A program made the position numbers and the translations under genes. Below are positions 50,901-63,922 of a DNA stretch of 64,000 bases, piece after piece (within the stretch, counting starts at the first letter, position 1; each line of letters opens with the position of its first letter). This stretch comes from Eledone cirrhosa (taxonomy: Eukaryota), in contig OZ024745.1 of NCBI GenBank assembly GCA_964016885.1, positions 73,656,001 through 73,720,000 of the forward strand, written 5' to 3'. A model generated the notes under the pieces. That model was not told the DNA's origin. It ran no database searches and was given only the letters and a program-made list of their open reading frames with translations.

Positions 50901-53900
50901 TGTAGCTGAATTGTGGACAGCCTATACTAGACCTATCTATTTCCCTACAAAATACTCTATCTAGATATGATCTGGATCACCCGATGCGGTTTGTCCAAGT
51001 CTATATTGGCACATTCGGGAAATCCAATCGGTACCTGTCAGACAGTTCAAAACGCCTGAGCAGATTGGTGAGGCTCTTGCACCCTCCTCCCATATCCGCT
51101 AATCCCACACAGTCCCAGCGTGCATCTAAGATCCTGTTCCAGTCGCCCACTAACACTAAAGGGCGGGACGTTCCTAGAAAGGTCTCCAGACGCCGGAAGA
51201 AATCAGGCCGCCCTGCTCCTGTCGGGGCATAGACGGCCACTAGCCTGAAAGCTTGCCCGTCTCCGCTGGTCACGTCCGGCACCACCAACTTACCTTCTGG
51301 GTCCAGGAAGATGGCCCGTATGGCGAGATCCAAACCTCTCCGAAAAAGCACAGCAACTCCACCCCCTGATCCAGGACTGCTGGGAGATGCGTACACATCG
51401 TAGCCGCCGAAGATCGGTGCGAAGGCCCGTGCTTCGGAGATTCTGGTCTCGCTGATGGCCACTACATCTATGTTTAGTGACCTGAGGTCGTTGAGCAGGT
51501 GGCCCTGCTTCCATGCCAACCCCAAGCCACGCGCATTTATGCTGCCTATTCTGAGTGAGGTCATGTTGAAATGGAGTGGAAAAGATGGGAAAGACCACTT
51601 ACCTTACTTCTCGTAGAGGAAGGATGGTTTCTCCATTCCTTTTCACTTGATCGTCTGGTGAAGGGACCATTGAATTCTCCCTTCGGCTGATCATCGGCTC
51701 TTCTGTGAGTATATCCCAATATACTCTCCGGTTGAGTGTCCCTCCCAGATCTCTGAAATCACCAACCGCGTTGGGGAATTTCGTTTTAATGTTTGTGTAT
51801 TGTTTCTGTGCTATTCTTACCAGTCTTATGTTCGTTGGTGTTTTGATTGGTGCTGGTATTGTGTTGTCGTGTTGTGAAATGTCTGTGTGTTCAATTATGT
51901 AAGTCATTAGTTTCTTGTTGTGTGTATTTATTGCTCTGCATTTGTTTTTCTGGGGGTGCGGGGTGGTTCTGCTATTTTCTTGTCGTTGTTGCTGGGTGTG
52001 TTTGTTTTGTTGTTGTGTTTGCGATGTTGGTGCTTGTGGTGGTGGTGTTGAAGGTGTTGTTGTTGTTTGCGGTGGGGTTGCCGCCGGTGGTGATGGTGGT
52101 GCTAGTGTGGGTGGTGATGGTGTTGGTGGTGTTGCTGCTGTTGGTCTCTTTGCAGTAGCCTTTACCCTTTTTTCATTTCTTTCCTCCCTTTTCGAAGGCG
52201 ACGATGCGTTGCTTCTGCGTTTGTGCCTTCTTGCGACCTTTTGCCATCCCTCTCCCACCTCACACTCCATGTCCGATTCTGTGAGGTCGGGGAGGGGTAC
52301 CAGGTCCACTCTTCCACTTGTTCTTGTTGGTGATGTTTGCAGTGGAGTCTCTGTTGCAGCTGCAGTTGATATTAGTGTTGTGGTTGTTAATACTCCCACT
52401 ACTGCTGCTGTTCTTGATTTTCGTGGCGTGGGTATGGGTGCCACGGACCTATCCTTCCTGCTTGCCGCTTGTCCTGTTGCTGGTAGCAGTGAGCCGGTTT
52501 CGGAAGGAGGGGGGTTTTCTCCTTTCTCAGGGTCTTCTCATTGCAGAAGGCTCTGAGGTGAGTTTTCGATCCACAGCGAAAGCATTTCGGCCGTTTGCCC
52601 GCAACACTTATGGGCAGTTGAGTGTCTATCACATCCGGGATAGCTTCGTTATCGAAGTCTATCACATCCGTTATCGAAGTTTATCACATCCGGGATAGCT
52701 TCGATGCACTTCTGGTTGGTTTAGATTAACATCTCAATGGAGGTGCCGACCCAATCTTCTCGTACTTTTTTCTGTACTTGCAGTTAAGTTGTTTTGTCCT
52801 CGATTCCGACGAGGACAGACACGGCCTAACAAGAAGAGGCCATCCGGGGGGGGACGTGGGTCAGTTTGACCCTCACAATTTTTTGCCCGCAGTAGGAGGG
52901 CACCAACACCATTTCCTCTAAGGATTGAGCCTTTGCCTCCTGGGGTGTGGCAAAAAGCACGTCCACGGTAGCATATTTCTTGCCTCGGGTGATATGCGTT
53001 TTCAGCTGCCACACAGACCCTAAGGCTTTTTGTATTTGAGCCTTTGTCGCTCTTTCAACCCTACGTGATTTTGTGCTTACTGTACGGTACGTGACCGTAC
53101 AGTGCTGTTGGGTTTCGAAAAAATTTTCGGCTGCCTTTCAGATTGCTCGGTGTCCGGTTTTCGTCACCATCTTCTTTGCTTCCTGTAATTCCTCATTTGT
53201 TATAAGGATGGTTTCCAGGTTCTTTGCGATACCTGCAAACGAGATTGGTTTTTCTTTCTTGTTGTCGTTGTCGTCAGAGCTGCTGTTACTTTTGTTGTTG
53301 CTGCTGGTACTACGACCGCCGCCGCCGCTGTTGCTGTTGTAGTTGTTGTTTTTGTTGCTGCTGTTGTTGCTGTTGCTGCTGCTGCTGTTATTACGGCTGC
53401 TACTGCTATTCTTCATGACGTCAGACGAATGAAATGGCTTTCCGTATTTACCGCACACATTTCTCGTTGTTGTCGTCGTCCTGGAGAAATGTTCCACGGT
53501 ATGCATGTGCTCTTGGTGAAAGCTATCAGAAACTATATTTTTCTTTTCCTTTAATGGCGTCACTTGCGAAAGAGGCGACACCACATTTAGAGAAGGGATG
53601 GAGAGAGACAATCTTCTCTCTGATGTAGTGACGATTGAGGAAGAAGAAGACGGAAAGAGTATGAGTGACTTGTGAAAATTCTTTTTTGTAGCCATGATTT
53701 TTTTGGTTTAAAATGAATATTAGGCACAAAACCCCAACAAGCGGTTATTTAACCCCGAAGGTCCAAATAACGGGCAGAAAGACCCCTCTGACGAGGAGGA
53801 GAGTGTTTTTATCTACAATTTGGTTAAAGTTTTAAACAATTTACAATTGTTATAGCGCTTTAAAATTACTATACCTTACAGAGCCGAGCCTCCGTCAACC

Positions 53901-53909
53901 ATGGCATTC

Positions 53910-53910
<1 letters not shown>
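47987..53910 (-). mobile_element. Tx1-type LINE T3, full length (~5.9 kb), disrupted
   Basis: ORF1 53695-51599 and ORF2 51564-48235 (APE, RT QGCPLS/YADD, zinc finger). 5' end TGAATGCCATGGTTGACGGAGG lies next to the (AAT)n tract. Confidence 0.92.
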
Positions 53911-53970
<60 letters not shown>

Positions 53971-53985
53971 GCAGTAGCCGCCGCC

Positions 53986-54041
<56 letters not shown>
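53911..54041. repeat. Compound (AAT)n/(AGT)n microsatellite closing the nest
   Basis: Direct reading. Confidence 0.95.
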
Positions 54042-54042
<1 letters not shown>

Positions 54043-54764
54043 ATTTCGTTTAATTATGCATACATTTCTATAAATAGTTGAATATCAATGACAGAAAGTG
54101 TACTGAGAACTGAGAAACCTTCAGCCAAGAAAAGCTGACAGATTAGCCATTCAGTAATTACAATTCCCTAATTTTCCAATCGAACGACCATTGATCAGTT
54201 CAATCATCTCTGACATCCACTAGTATAACTAAAAGCTGGGTAACTGTTGCCTTTTCGACTTCTCACATTTGACGTTGTATAGAAGAAGTGCTAAGAAAGA
54301 TGGCGTAGTCATCGTATTCGAATCTTAACCAATTTACAAATGAGGCTGACGTCCTTGCTTTATTTGTACAACATGCTGTTGCTAGGAAACGTTCTCCCAG
54401 TAACAGTAAAGAAAACGTAGAGTGGATACTTCAATTGTGAAATCTCTGAGATATATATATTCTTAGAAATTTATAAGATATATATTTCTAATGTTTCCTT
54501 TAGCATCCCTGGCCCTGCTTCTTACAGTAAGAAAGGTGCATTTTGACCTCATAGGTAGACAACAGTTGTTAAACAATTATTGGTTCTGAAGTAAAAGACA
54601 AATAATGTTAATGAAGATATTGAAATGATGGAAATATGTTGCCTTGAGGAGAGATAACTTAATTCTATCGTCTCTTGTGTGAATATACAATACACACACA
54701 CACATACATACAACAGTCACATGCACACATATATAGATACACACTAGCATACACACACACACGC

Positions 54765-54856
<92 letters not shown>

Positions 54857-55024
54857 TTATATATACAGTAAGTATCACATTGTGAGATAGTGATTTGAAC
54901 ATATCGTAGAAAACATTCTTACTAAGGATGTTTAAAATCTAAAAATGGCATACAAGCATCTATACTCGTCAAAATCTTCACTATTTGTTTCTTTGTTTCC
55001 TATAGAGAATGCTACACTATCATT

Positions 55025-55660
55025 ACCTATGGTGGCAAGTAGACCACTGATGATGGATGGTCCTGGCTTCTATTTCTAATTCTTTATTATATATATCATA
55101 TTTTCAACAACACAGCTCGCTATTTTTCATTCATATCTGCTTTCCCCTTCGCTGTGACCTGTCTTTTTCTCTTCCCTTACTGCTATCCTCTTTCTATCTC
55201 CCCCTTCTCTCTTCTCCTTCTTACTTTCACTCACCCCCTCTGCTAGTCACCCTCTCTCGGCTAGCCTCTTCCTCACACTTTCACTCACTCACTCTCTGCT
55301 ACTCACCGTCTCTCTTACTTCTCCATCCTCCCACACCGTACGAAATTCTTTCCTCGGTCACATTCCCACGGCCAAGATGTGTCTTTTGCCTTCTCGTCAA
55401 TATTCGCACGTTTTTTTGTTCAAAATGAATCATTGACTTGATTTTCTCATTTTTCCCTCTCTTTACGTTGCCTCACCATTCGTGTTTGTTTACCTGTCTC
55501 TCTTTCTCCACCCAACTCTTTTTATCCCAATAACTTAATTTAGTTATTGTATTGCCCTAGCCGGAGATATATGGTCTGTAATGCGAAATACCTATGATGG
55601 CTAGTAGCCCACTGATGATGGATAGTCCTGGCTTCTATTTCTAATTCTTTATTATATATA
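55025..55660 (+). repeat. 565-bp unit plus ~70-bp terminal redundancy, homologous to the 633-bp array
   Basis: CTGATGATGGAT at 55047 and 55612. Shares CGCTGTGACC, TAGCCTCTTCCTCAC, TTCACTCACTCA and CCGGAG-TATATGGTCT with the minus strand of 3541-4173. Confidence 0.8.
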
Positions 55661-56373
55661 TATATGTATGTATATATATATGTCTAATGGTAGCTAAGAT
55701 GCTTCCATAGGCGGTATGCCGGTTGAGCACTCTATGCTCTTATGGAGCAGAGTATGATAGAATGGAAAACGAAAATTCAGTGATGCATTAATTTATTGTG
55801 TGTTACAATTGTTTCCCCGGCGAACAGCTCGAGGTGCGATCTGTGTCTGGAGCGACATGACTCTGGATTCGCAGGTTCCTCGGACATGTTTATTGATTTC
55901 GGAGCATATCCTCTTTCTGGGGTTTCTGACCCTACGGGTCTATATCGTCCACCTTCATCCGCTTTGCGCATCCTTGGGTTGATCACTGGTTAGTGACATC
56001 ATCATTATTCTGACCACTGGTAGCAGCCCTTTGACCATCAGGGCGTGAGCTGTCACTCACCCATCCACTGTCCTGTCGGCAAAATTACTGCTGTGTTTGC
56101 CAGCTCACACTCCCACGCGCGCGCACACACACATGTACAGAGATACGGATAGATACATACAGAGTAGCTTGTGTGCTTACGTTCACACATGTACGCCCAG
56201 AAGCATACACACACACACACGTACACATTCGTACATATACATACATATACACGCACAGATATATATCTATACATACATACACATACATACACACATACGC
56301 ACACCTGCACATATATATATACAAACCTACCCACACTCCCACACACACACATATGTATATATATATATATATA

Positions 56374-57638
56374 TATATTAGAAAGATCGAGTATCGAAAA
56401 ATCGGCGCACGAGTTCACGATAAACGAAATTCGATATGAGCGGCAGAGGGCTCAATAATTCAGATGAATCAGAGCTATAACTATCGTTAAAATACCGTCA
56501 CATATAGAACAAGTCTACAATCAACCATACGATTTAAAATCGATAAAGGAAGATTCGGGCCAAACAGATAAAAAATATCAATAAAACAATACGTCAATAA
56601 TTTAAATGAATGTAAAATCATACCCGGACCCACTAGAAAGGTGTTAAATCTAGCTTCATGGGTTTCTGTAAATCCTTAGACTGTACTCTATCAGCTCACA
56701 TATAAATATAAAAGCCTACTAGAGTAAGTGGAACGGAGTTTACGTTATCAACGAGTTTTTTCCTGGCGGCAGAGGAGTCAACTAGCGGTGAAAAACGCAC
56801 ATGGCATTAGACAAGGGAGATGACCCCTATATCCGCGAAAACAATTCGAGTGAATGTGGAAATACACATATCGAATTAGAGTGCTCAATAGACATGTTAA
56901 AATAAAACAAAAGCTATTCATCACTCAATAGAATCGACAAAAAATGAGCAATAAAATTAACTGGTGGATAGCTATGTCCAGAGCTAAATATATTAGAAAG
57001 ATCGAGTATCGAAAAATCGGCGCACGAGTTCACGATAAACGAAATTCGATATGAGCGGCAGAGGGCTCAATAATTCAGATGAATCAGAGCTATAACTATC
57101 GTTAAAATACCGTCACATATAGAACAAGTCTACAATCAACCATACGATTTAAAATCGATAAAGGAAGATTCGGGCCAAACAGATAAAAAATATCAATAAA
57201 ACAATACGTCAATAATTTAAATGAATGTAAAATCATACCCGGACCCACTAGAAAGGTGTTAAATCTAGCTTCATGGGTTTCTGTAAATCCTTAGACTGTA
57301 CTCTATCAGCTCACATATAAATATAAAAGCCTACTAGAGTAAGTGGAACGGAGTTTACGTTATCAACGAGTTTTTTCCTGGCGGCAGAGGAGTCAACTAG
57401 CGGTGAAAAACGCACATGGCATTAGACAAGGGAGATGACCCCTATATCCGCGAAAACAATTCGAGTGAATGTGGAAATACACATATCGAATTAGAGTGCT
57501 CAATAGACATGTTAAAATAAAACAAAAGCTATTCATCACTCAATAGAATCGACAAAAAATGAGCAATAAAATTAACTGGTGGATAGCTATGTCCAGAGCT
57601 AAATATATTAGAAAGATCGAGTATCGAAAAATCGGCGC
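56374..57638. repeat. Apparently perfect tandem repeat of a 615-bp unit (2 copies + ~35 bp) within (TA)n
   Basis: GAAAGATCGAGTATCG starts at 56381, 56996 and 57611. Confidence 0.93.
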
Positions 57639-57760
57639 ATATATATATATATATTTTATATATTAAGATAAGCAGAACAAGTTAAATTCAATCAATTTTT
57701 TAAAATACATTAAAAAATATGGACATATTAACTTCATTCATTATATATATATATATATAT

Positions 57761-57871
<111 letters not shown>

Positions 57872-58125
57872 CCTTTATATATTTTTTCCTATACACGTGT
57901 GCATACATACACACACACACACACACACTGGCATATATATTCTTACACATTTGTATATATATATATACACACATCTACACACATAAAAAATATGTAAAAA
58001 AATACATTTAAGAAAAGCATATAAAGATACACACTGGGCTGTACATGAAAAAATGCACCTTGATGTACGTGCTGACAGAGTTGATATTATGTTGCCAACG
58101 TGGATTAATACACGTATAGACACCT

Positions 58126-60649
58126 CAAGCAAGGCTACATATGGGGAGGTCATGGTATTAATGTGAAGGGTATGCCCAGACCGTATATAGAAAATGCATG
58201 CAGGGTATATAGAAAAATGTATGTAGAATATGGGGTCGAGTGACTCTGCGCAGGTAACGGACCTAGTGGGAATATATCTCCTCCAAAGTCTAGCGGAGGA
58301 GATCGCAGGGATCGGCAGAGGAATATATAGAGACGACGCACTATTTACCTTCCGCACCCTAAACCCCAGCCAGCTGGAGCGTATGAGGAAGCGCATATCA
58401 CATTTTTTTAAGCAACACGGCTTATCCGTGCTGATCGATCCTAGCACTTAGACGGTGAATTTCCTTGATGTTACTCTGGAACTGAATACGGGTATACACC
58501 GACTATACCACAAGCCCAACGAAACCTGCAAAATGTGAATAGGCACTCGAACCACCCCAAGTCCGTCATAGACGCCATAGTAAATGGGGTATCCAAACGC
58601 GTATCCACCATGTCGGCTAACGCAGACGTGTTTAACCAGTACGCCGACTGTTATAATGAGGCACTGCACAGGGCCGGTTACACAGAAGCCATAGTGTACA
58701 CCCTGGGCAGGGAAGGGTCTAGCGGCGAGGCACGCGGATATGAGAATAGCAATAGTACTTCCATAGGTAGACAGTACAGGCCGGAACTAGCATCTAGGAA
58801 TAGGAGTAACAATATAGATTACCGCAAGGATGCAAGACTGACACTAAGACAGACGAAGGCACACGTGGATGGCAGACCACGCAGTACACGCAGACGGAAT
58901 CCGGCACGGACACAATACGCGACGCGGACACTAGAACAAGGGACAGGGTAAAGACAGATACGGGCGTGAAACCAGGTAGAATAAACACCCGGATCAGTAG
59001 CAATGAAATAGCCCCGACAACAGCACCAGATAGCATTAACGGGACTATCAGTAGAGCCGACAATATAGAACGGAATACTTCAGTAAGCGAACGGCGTAAC
59101 TCCGACGCACACGGTAGATATATAGATAGCCGCAACATAGGGGACGAAATAACGGGCAGACACAACCCGGGACGGACACCTGACCCAGCACATATTACCA
59201 CTACTACACACAGACGACGGAATAGGATAAGATCTAAGACCATTACATGGCTTAACGCGCCATATTTGAAGCATGTATGCAGCAATGTGCCAGGCCTCTT
59301 CTTCCGAGCGTTGGACGAGTGCTTCCCGCTGTCGAGCAGGTACCAAAGGATATTCAACCGCCACACGGTGAAGTTCTCCTTTTCTACCGCACCTAACATA
59401 GCAGACTAGATGGCCAAAACCAACGCGGTGAAGCTGTGGAAACTCGACCGTCAACAGCGGCGGGAGACTGACGGTCCCGCGGGGCACGGTAGGCCCCTTG
59501 CAGACAGGGATTCCAACTATACTCCGGTCCCTGCAGCGGCCGCCATGCCCGCGAAAGATGCTGTAATCGATTGCCAGGCGGAACTGAGTGACAGAGGGAA
59601 GCCCACCGCACCGACAGAACAACACCCAGAGAATCGGGGGAGTGCCGTAGTAGACGAAGGGCCCAGCGTTGGAAATGAGCAACCACCGAACATGCAACTG
59701 CAGAGCGGGCACACAATGCCCCCTGCAGGGAAGATGCCTAACGAAGGGTCTAGTATATAACTCTGTGGTTAATACGCACAACACCAAGCGCACCTACATC
59801 GGTGCAACATCCACGACCTTTAAATCGAGGATGTATAATCACACAAACTCTTTCAAGGACCGGAGCAAGAGACACTCCACTAAGCTGGCGGACCTAATAT
59901 GGGACTTGAAAGACAACGGCACTCCGTATGATCTCAACTGGAGTATCGTTCAACATGCAAATGCATATTCGGCTGGAAACAGGAAGTGTAGGCTATGCCT
60001 ATCCGAGGCCATGGAGATAGTCAGATTGAAGGATGATGCGGTAAACCTGAAATCGGAGATTACCATGACGTGCAGACACCAGAGAAGGTGCACATTCTCC
60101 GCATGGACTCAACCGGACAGCCCAAGCTAAACGCATGCGGGGAAGCGGACGCCGGCCCGAGCGGCGGCGCTGGTCCAAGGGATCAGACACCATACCTTGT
60201 TGACTATGTATGCCCTGTGGGGTAAGTCGACGCAACCTATGCGGCCTATCGGACTCAGCACGTCATCCTAGGTAACGACATCGCATGAGCCGGGACACGG
60301 TGGCTCAACCTCCACGGATATTCAGTCCCGTACCATAAATCAATAAGGCACTCTATCTCACCCACAGTGACATGCTCCATTGTGGCCTGTTCACGCACTC
60401 CCTGCATGTGTATCTTTTCAGTGGTATGTGCATGATCTCCATGCAATACATTTTGTAACACCCCATGTATTTTTCCATGTACAAACCAATGTGTATGTTT
60501 GTATACTTTTATTATATAATTCAGATATATGTATTTTTTTAATATATTCTGCATACATTTTTTTATATATCCTGCATGCATTTACTATATACGGTCTGGG
60601 CATAACCTTTACATTTATACAATGAACTCCCCATATGTAGCCTTGCTTG
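58126..60649 (+). mobile_element. Penelope-like element (Naiad-type), 5'-truncated, with inverted terminal repeats
   Basis: 58126-58231 is inverted at 60543-60649 around the RT-EN coding region. Confidence 0.88.
58230..60130 (+). pseudogene. Naiad-type RT (C-terminal half), linker, zinc finger and GIY-YIG
   Basis: MGSSDSAQV, IYRDD, VNFLDVTL, SNHP, ITWLNAPY...IFNRHTVKFSFS, CNCRAGTQCPLQGRC..VY..YIGAT..FKSR...CRLCLSE...CRH; stops and frameshifts. Confidence 0.9.
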
Positions 60650-60764
60650 GAAGGTGCGTCTCTCAGCAGTTTGCAGTTTGCTAGTGTGGTTCCCCACAGC
60701 AGACTGCAGAACACATACTGAGTGAGTATCCAGATCTCCACCCATCTAAGAGTGTGGACCTTAT

Positions 60765-60930
60765 GCACCCTAATTACCAGTAATGACAAGAAAGCCAAGC
60801 CAAATACATACAATAGCATCAACAAAGAGCCGAAAGAAATAACAGCCAAATTACATTTAGACGATAGAATAATGTCACTACTCAAACGTAATGTATTTAT
60901 TAGTCTTAAGGACCGTAATGACTACGTTCG
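60765..60930 (+). pseudogene. Naiad-type RT N-terminal fragment
   Basis: INKEPKEITAKLHLDDRI...VFISLKD resembles the pre-RT region of this clade. Confidence 0.6.
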
Positions 60931-60949
60931 AGGACTTCAGTGTCACTCA

Positions 60950-61017
<68 letters not shown>

Positions 61018-61050
61018 GTTAAAAGAATAGAGGTGTAACACACAAGTTAT

Positions 61051-61411
61051 TATATATTGGTAAACGGAATAGAAAATGCTGACAAATTGTTCACAGTTGA
61101 AAAATGGTTTAATTAGGAATAAAAGAGTATTAGTGATTGTATGGGTTAGTATTCAGTTGTGGTTTTAAGTTTTTAAGTTTTTACCGGTTGCGCATTTCTA
61201 AAATAATGATCAGAGCAAACAACACGGACACTCTATCTCAAAATTATTTTTGAAAAGCATTTAGAAATGCGCAACCGGTAAAAACTTAAAAACTTAAAAC
61301 CACAACTGAATACTAACCCATACAATCACTAATACTCTTTTATTCCTAATTAAACCATTTTTCAACTGTGAACAATTTGTCAGCATTTTCTATTCCGTTT
61401 ACCAATATATA
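61051..61411. repeat. Foldback with ~150-bp perfect arms, PLE pseudo-LTR derived
   Basis: 61051-61201 is the reverse complement of 61261-61411; ~59-bp loop; homologous to 5350-5540. Confidence 0.9.
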
Positions 61412-61513
61412 TATATATATATAGTAAAAAATTGAACGGGAACAAAACAGAGAGGCAGTACGAACAAAGGTTTATTAGTTTCACGCTCTTGAGAGTGGGG
61501 TGTTGGTGGGGAA

Positions 61514-61546
61514 CGACATTTCGGGCATAAGCCCTTCTTCAGGTGA
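61514..61546 (-). ncRNA. Minimal hammerhead motif in a probable PLE pseudo-LTR
   Basis: CTGAAGA-agggc ttat gccc-GAAATGTC; stem I is weak. Confidence 0.65.
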
Positions 61547-62162
61547 AAAGTGTGTGGGAAGAGAGTTCCAAGGGTGTGTAGGGGAGTGGTGGAGAGACAT
61601 ATAGAAAAAAGGGGGTGAGAGGAAACGGTACAAATGAAATTAAATATAAGAGCATGATAAAAATAAAAATAAAAATACACATGAAGTAAAACAGGTGGTG
61701 GAAAGGTGTGGGGCGTGTAGGGGTGGTGGAGGGTGGAGTGGGGAGAGGGAGACGGGGTGTCCGAGCGGGGAGGGCTGAAGGTGGTGTGTGTGTGTAGGTG
61801 TACGTGTGTGTGTGTGTGTGTGTGTGTATGTGAAAGTAAGAGTTGGGGGAAGAACGGGGTTGCATGTTCAGGAAGAGGCGTGTGTGGGGTGGGGTGTAGA
61901 TCGGAGTGTGTGTGCGTGTGTGGATAGAGGGGTGGGGGAGAGGATTCCGGAGGCTGAATGTGTAAATATGTGGTGGTACGCACGTGTGTGGTGTTTATGC
62001 GTGTTGTGGATGTAGGTGGCGTGTGGGGAAAAAACATTTTTTGGGGTGTATGTCCGTGAGTAAGTCCTTAAGGTAATTCCGTAGACGATGTGGTGGAATG
62101 CTGAGTAATATCCTTGGAGATACACATACACATACATTATACATACACATATATATATAGAG

Positions 62163-62201
<39 letters not shown>

Positions 62202-62332
62202 GATATGTATAGAAATTTCGTATTTCTAAAGAAATACGGTATGTTTACTGGGTAAACATTTAGGAAGATGTAGCTATGCAAAACACCGGGGCTAACGCTT
62301 TCTGGTGGTGTCCAACAGAAGCAAAGGGGACA

Positions 62333-62376
62333 ATCATCTATGCATTTCAGGCTTAATTAGTCTTCATCAGGACGAT
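62333..62376 (-). ncRNA. Minimal type I hammerhead ribozyme
   Basis: atcgtc-CTGATGA-agactaattaagcct-GAAA-TGCA-TA-gatgat; stem I atcgtc/gatgat; palindromic stem III ATGCAT. Confidence 0.8.
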
Positions 62377-62513
62377 ACCTCCCACGCTTGCGACTGCTGG
62401 ACTTGAGAGCAGTCGAGAATATCTCGTCTGTGTAAATGAGGTCATTAATCTCATTTGCAAATGAAGCTGCATATGTTGGCTCAACTTATAATAATAATTA
62501 AAAAAAAAAAAAA

Positions 62514-62588
<75 letters not shown>

Positions 62589-62696
62589 GTGTATGTGTGT
62601 GTGTATGATAAATGTATGTATATATGTTTATTATACTATAAGATAAAGAGAAAATACTATACATAAAGAGAAAATATCATGCAATCTTATATGATA

Positions 62697-63400
62697 CTAG
62701 CAGAATGGCCCGGCGTTGCTCGGGCATGTTTATCCCTCCTTTCTGAAACAGTACAGAGAAGTACGGAATACCTCGGCCTGGGGATGGTGTCTATATTTTG
62801 TGCTTAATCAAATAATTTTCCATTAAGATTTTTTAAAAGCATGTACTTGCGTTCCCTCTCTTTTTTGTTGTTGCTTTTGCTGCTGTTGGTGTGATAGCAG
62901 CCATTGGTCGTACTACTAACACAGTCTCGTCCTTCTTCCGCCAATCGTGTATATTCCCTTCTGCCTCGTCTACCTAAACAATGATTGTAGCACCTCCTTG
63001 TACACAATGTTCTTTGTCCTTCCGTGTCGGGCATATGCAAAGAGATTTGTCTTGCTTCCCACTCTTGAGCAGCCAACGTATAGTTGCCCGTGTGAAAAAC
63101 ATGGCTCTTCCAAAAGACGACCAGCAACAGCTAGGGTCTGACCCTGGGATTTGTTGATAGACATTGCAAAGCTGACACGGTTGGGCGAATGGTTGGTTGG
63201 TTGTCTGTTTCAAATGCTCTTGTGGTGGCAGTACGTTCAGCATCTTGCGACCGTCGAATAGCAGATTCCACTGGCGTTTCGTTTGCCCGCCTTGTTCTTT
63301 TTCTTGCCGCTTTCGCAGTATTTCGGCCAATGGAGTATCTCTTCCTTCGAGGCATGACCTAAAAGCAGGACGAAGTACACTAAGACTAACTGGTAGAGCA
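62697..63400 (-). mobile_element. Internally deleted Helitron
   Basis: 3' hairpin CCCGAGCAACGCCGGG followed by CTAG-T. PIF1 helicase end FAMSINKSQGQT...FSHGQLYVGCSRV...TKNIVYKEVL fused to a basic N-terminus MPRRKR. 5' end not located. Confidence 0.85.
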
Positions 63401-63621
63401 AGGAGTAAACTCGTCATTGATGCATGTGATTCCCGAACCGTTGACTATGTAATTGCTGGCCTTGTGCCAAAAGTAGTGGGACCTTTTGGGTGGCTTATCG
63501 GCAGTAACAATGACGATAAGCTGTCTGTGGTTTCGTGAAATAAATAAGTTTGTTTATATTTTGTTTTTGTGTATGCAAAAATATCTGTACACGAATATAT
63601 AATTATATATATATATATATA

Positions 63622-63810
63622 TTAAAATAACAGATTAAAGTTTAAGGCTTTCACCCTTAACGGGATCTTCTGAAACTAAAAAAATCAATCTGTGAACACA
63701 GAAGTAAATATTTCGAAAAACGTTGAAACCGAAGGAAAACAGGAAGACGATACTTTGGTTCGTGAAGACGTTCCGTGGCAATGAAGGGAAAATAGCGAAG
63801 ATAATACGTC
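63622..63810 (-). mobile_element. Second copy of the 2978-3185 repeat with hammerhead motif
   Basis: Minus strand agttt-CAGAAGA-tccc gttaa gggt-GAAA-gcc-TTA-aact at 63639-63678. Confidence 0.65.
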
Positions 63811-63922
63811 TGCAATGATAACAATGTTTGTCATAATGTCGTAATGCAGACATCCAGACATCCAGACATATATTATAAGGGCGCGACGTTATAGCTATGT
63901 ATCTATCTTAAAAAATCAGACT

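Noticed and set aside
25213-53910. One large inverted segmental duplication
   Set aside because: Element order, truncation points and sequences differ between the halves.
59669-60130. Selenoprotein-coding Naiad element (in-frame UGA at Cys positions)
   Set aside because: Zinc finger and GIY-YIG cysteines are TGY here, and no in-frame UGA is seen in the 600-1020 copy either. The TGA near 58536 is out of frame after a frameshift. No SECIS recognised.
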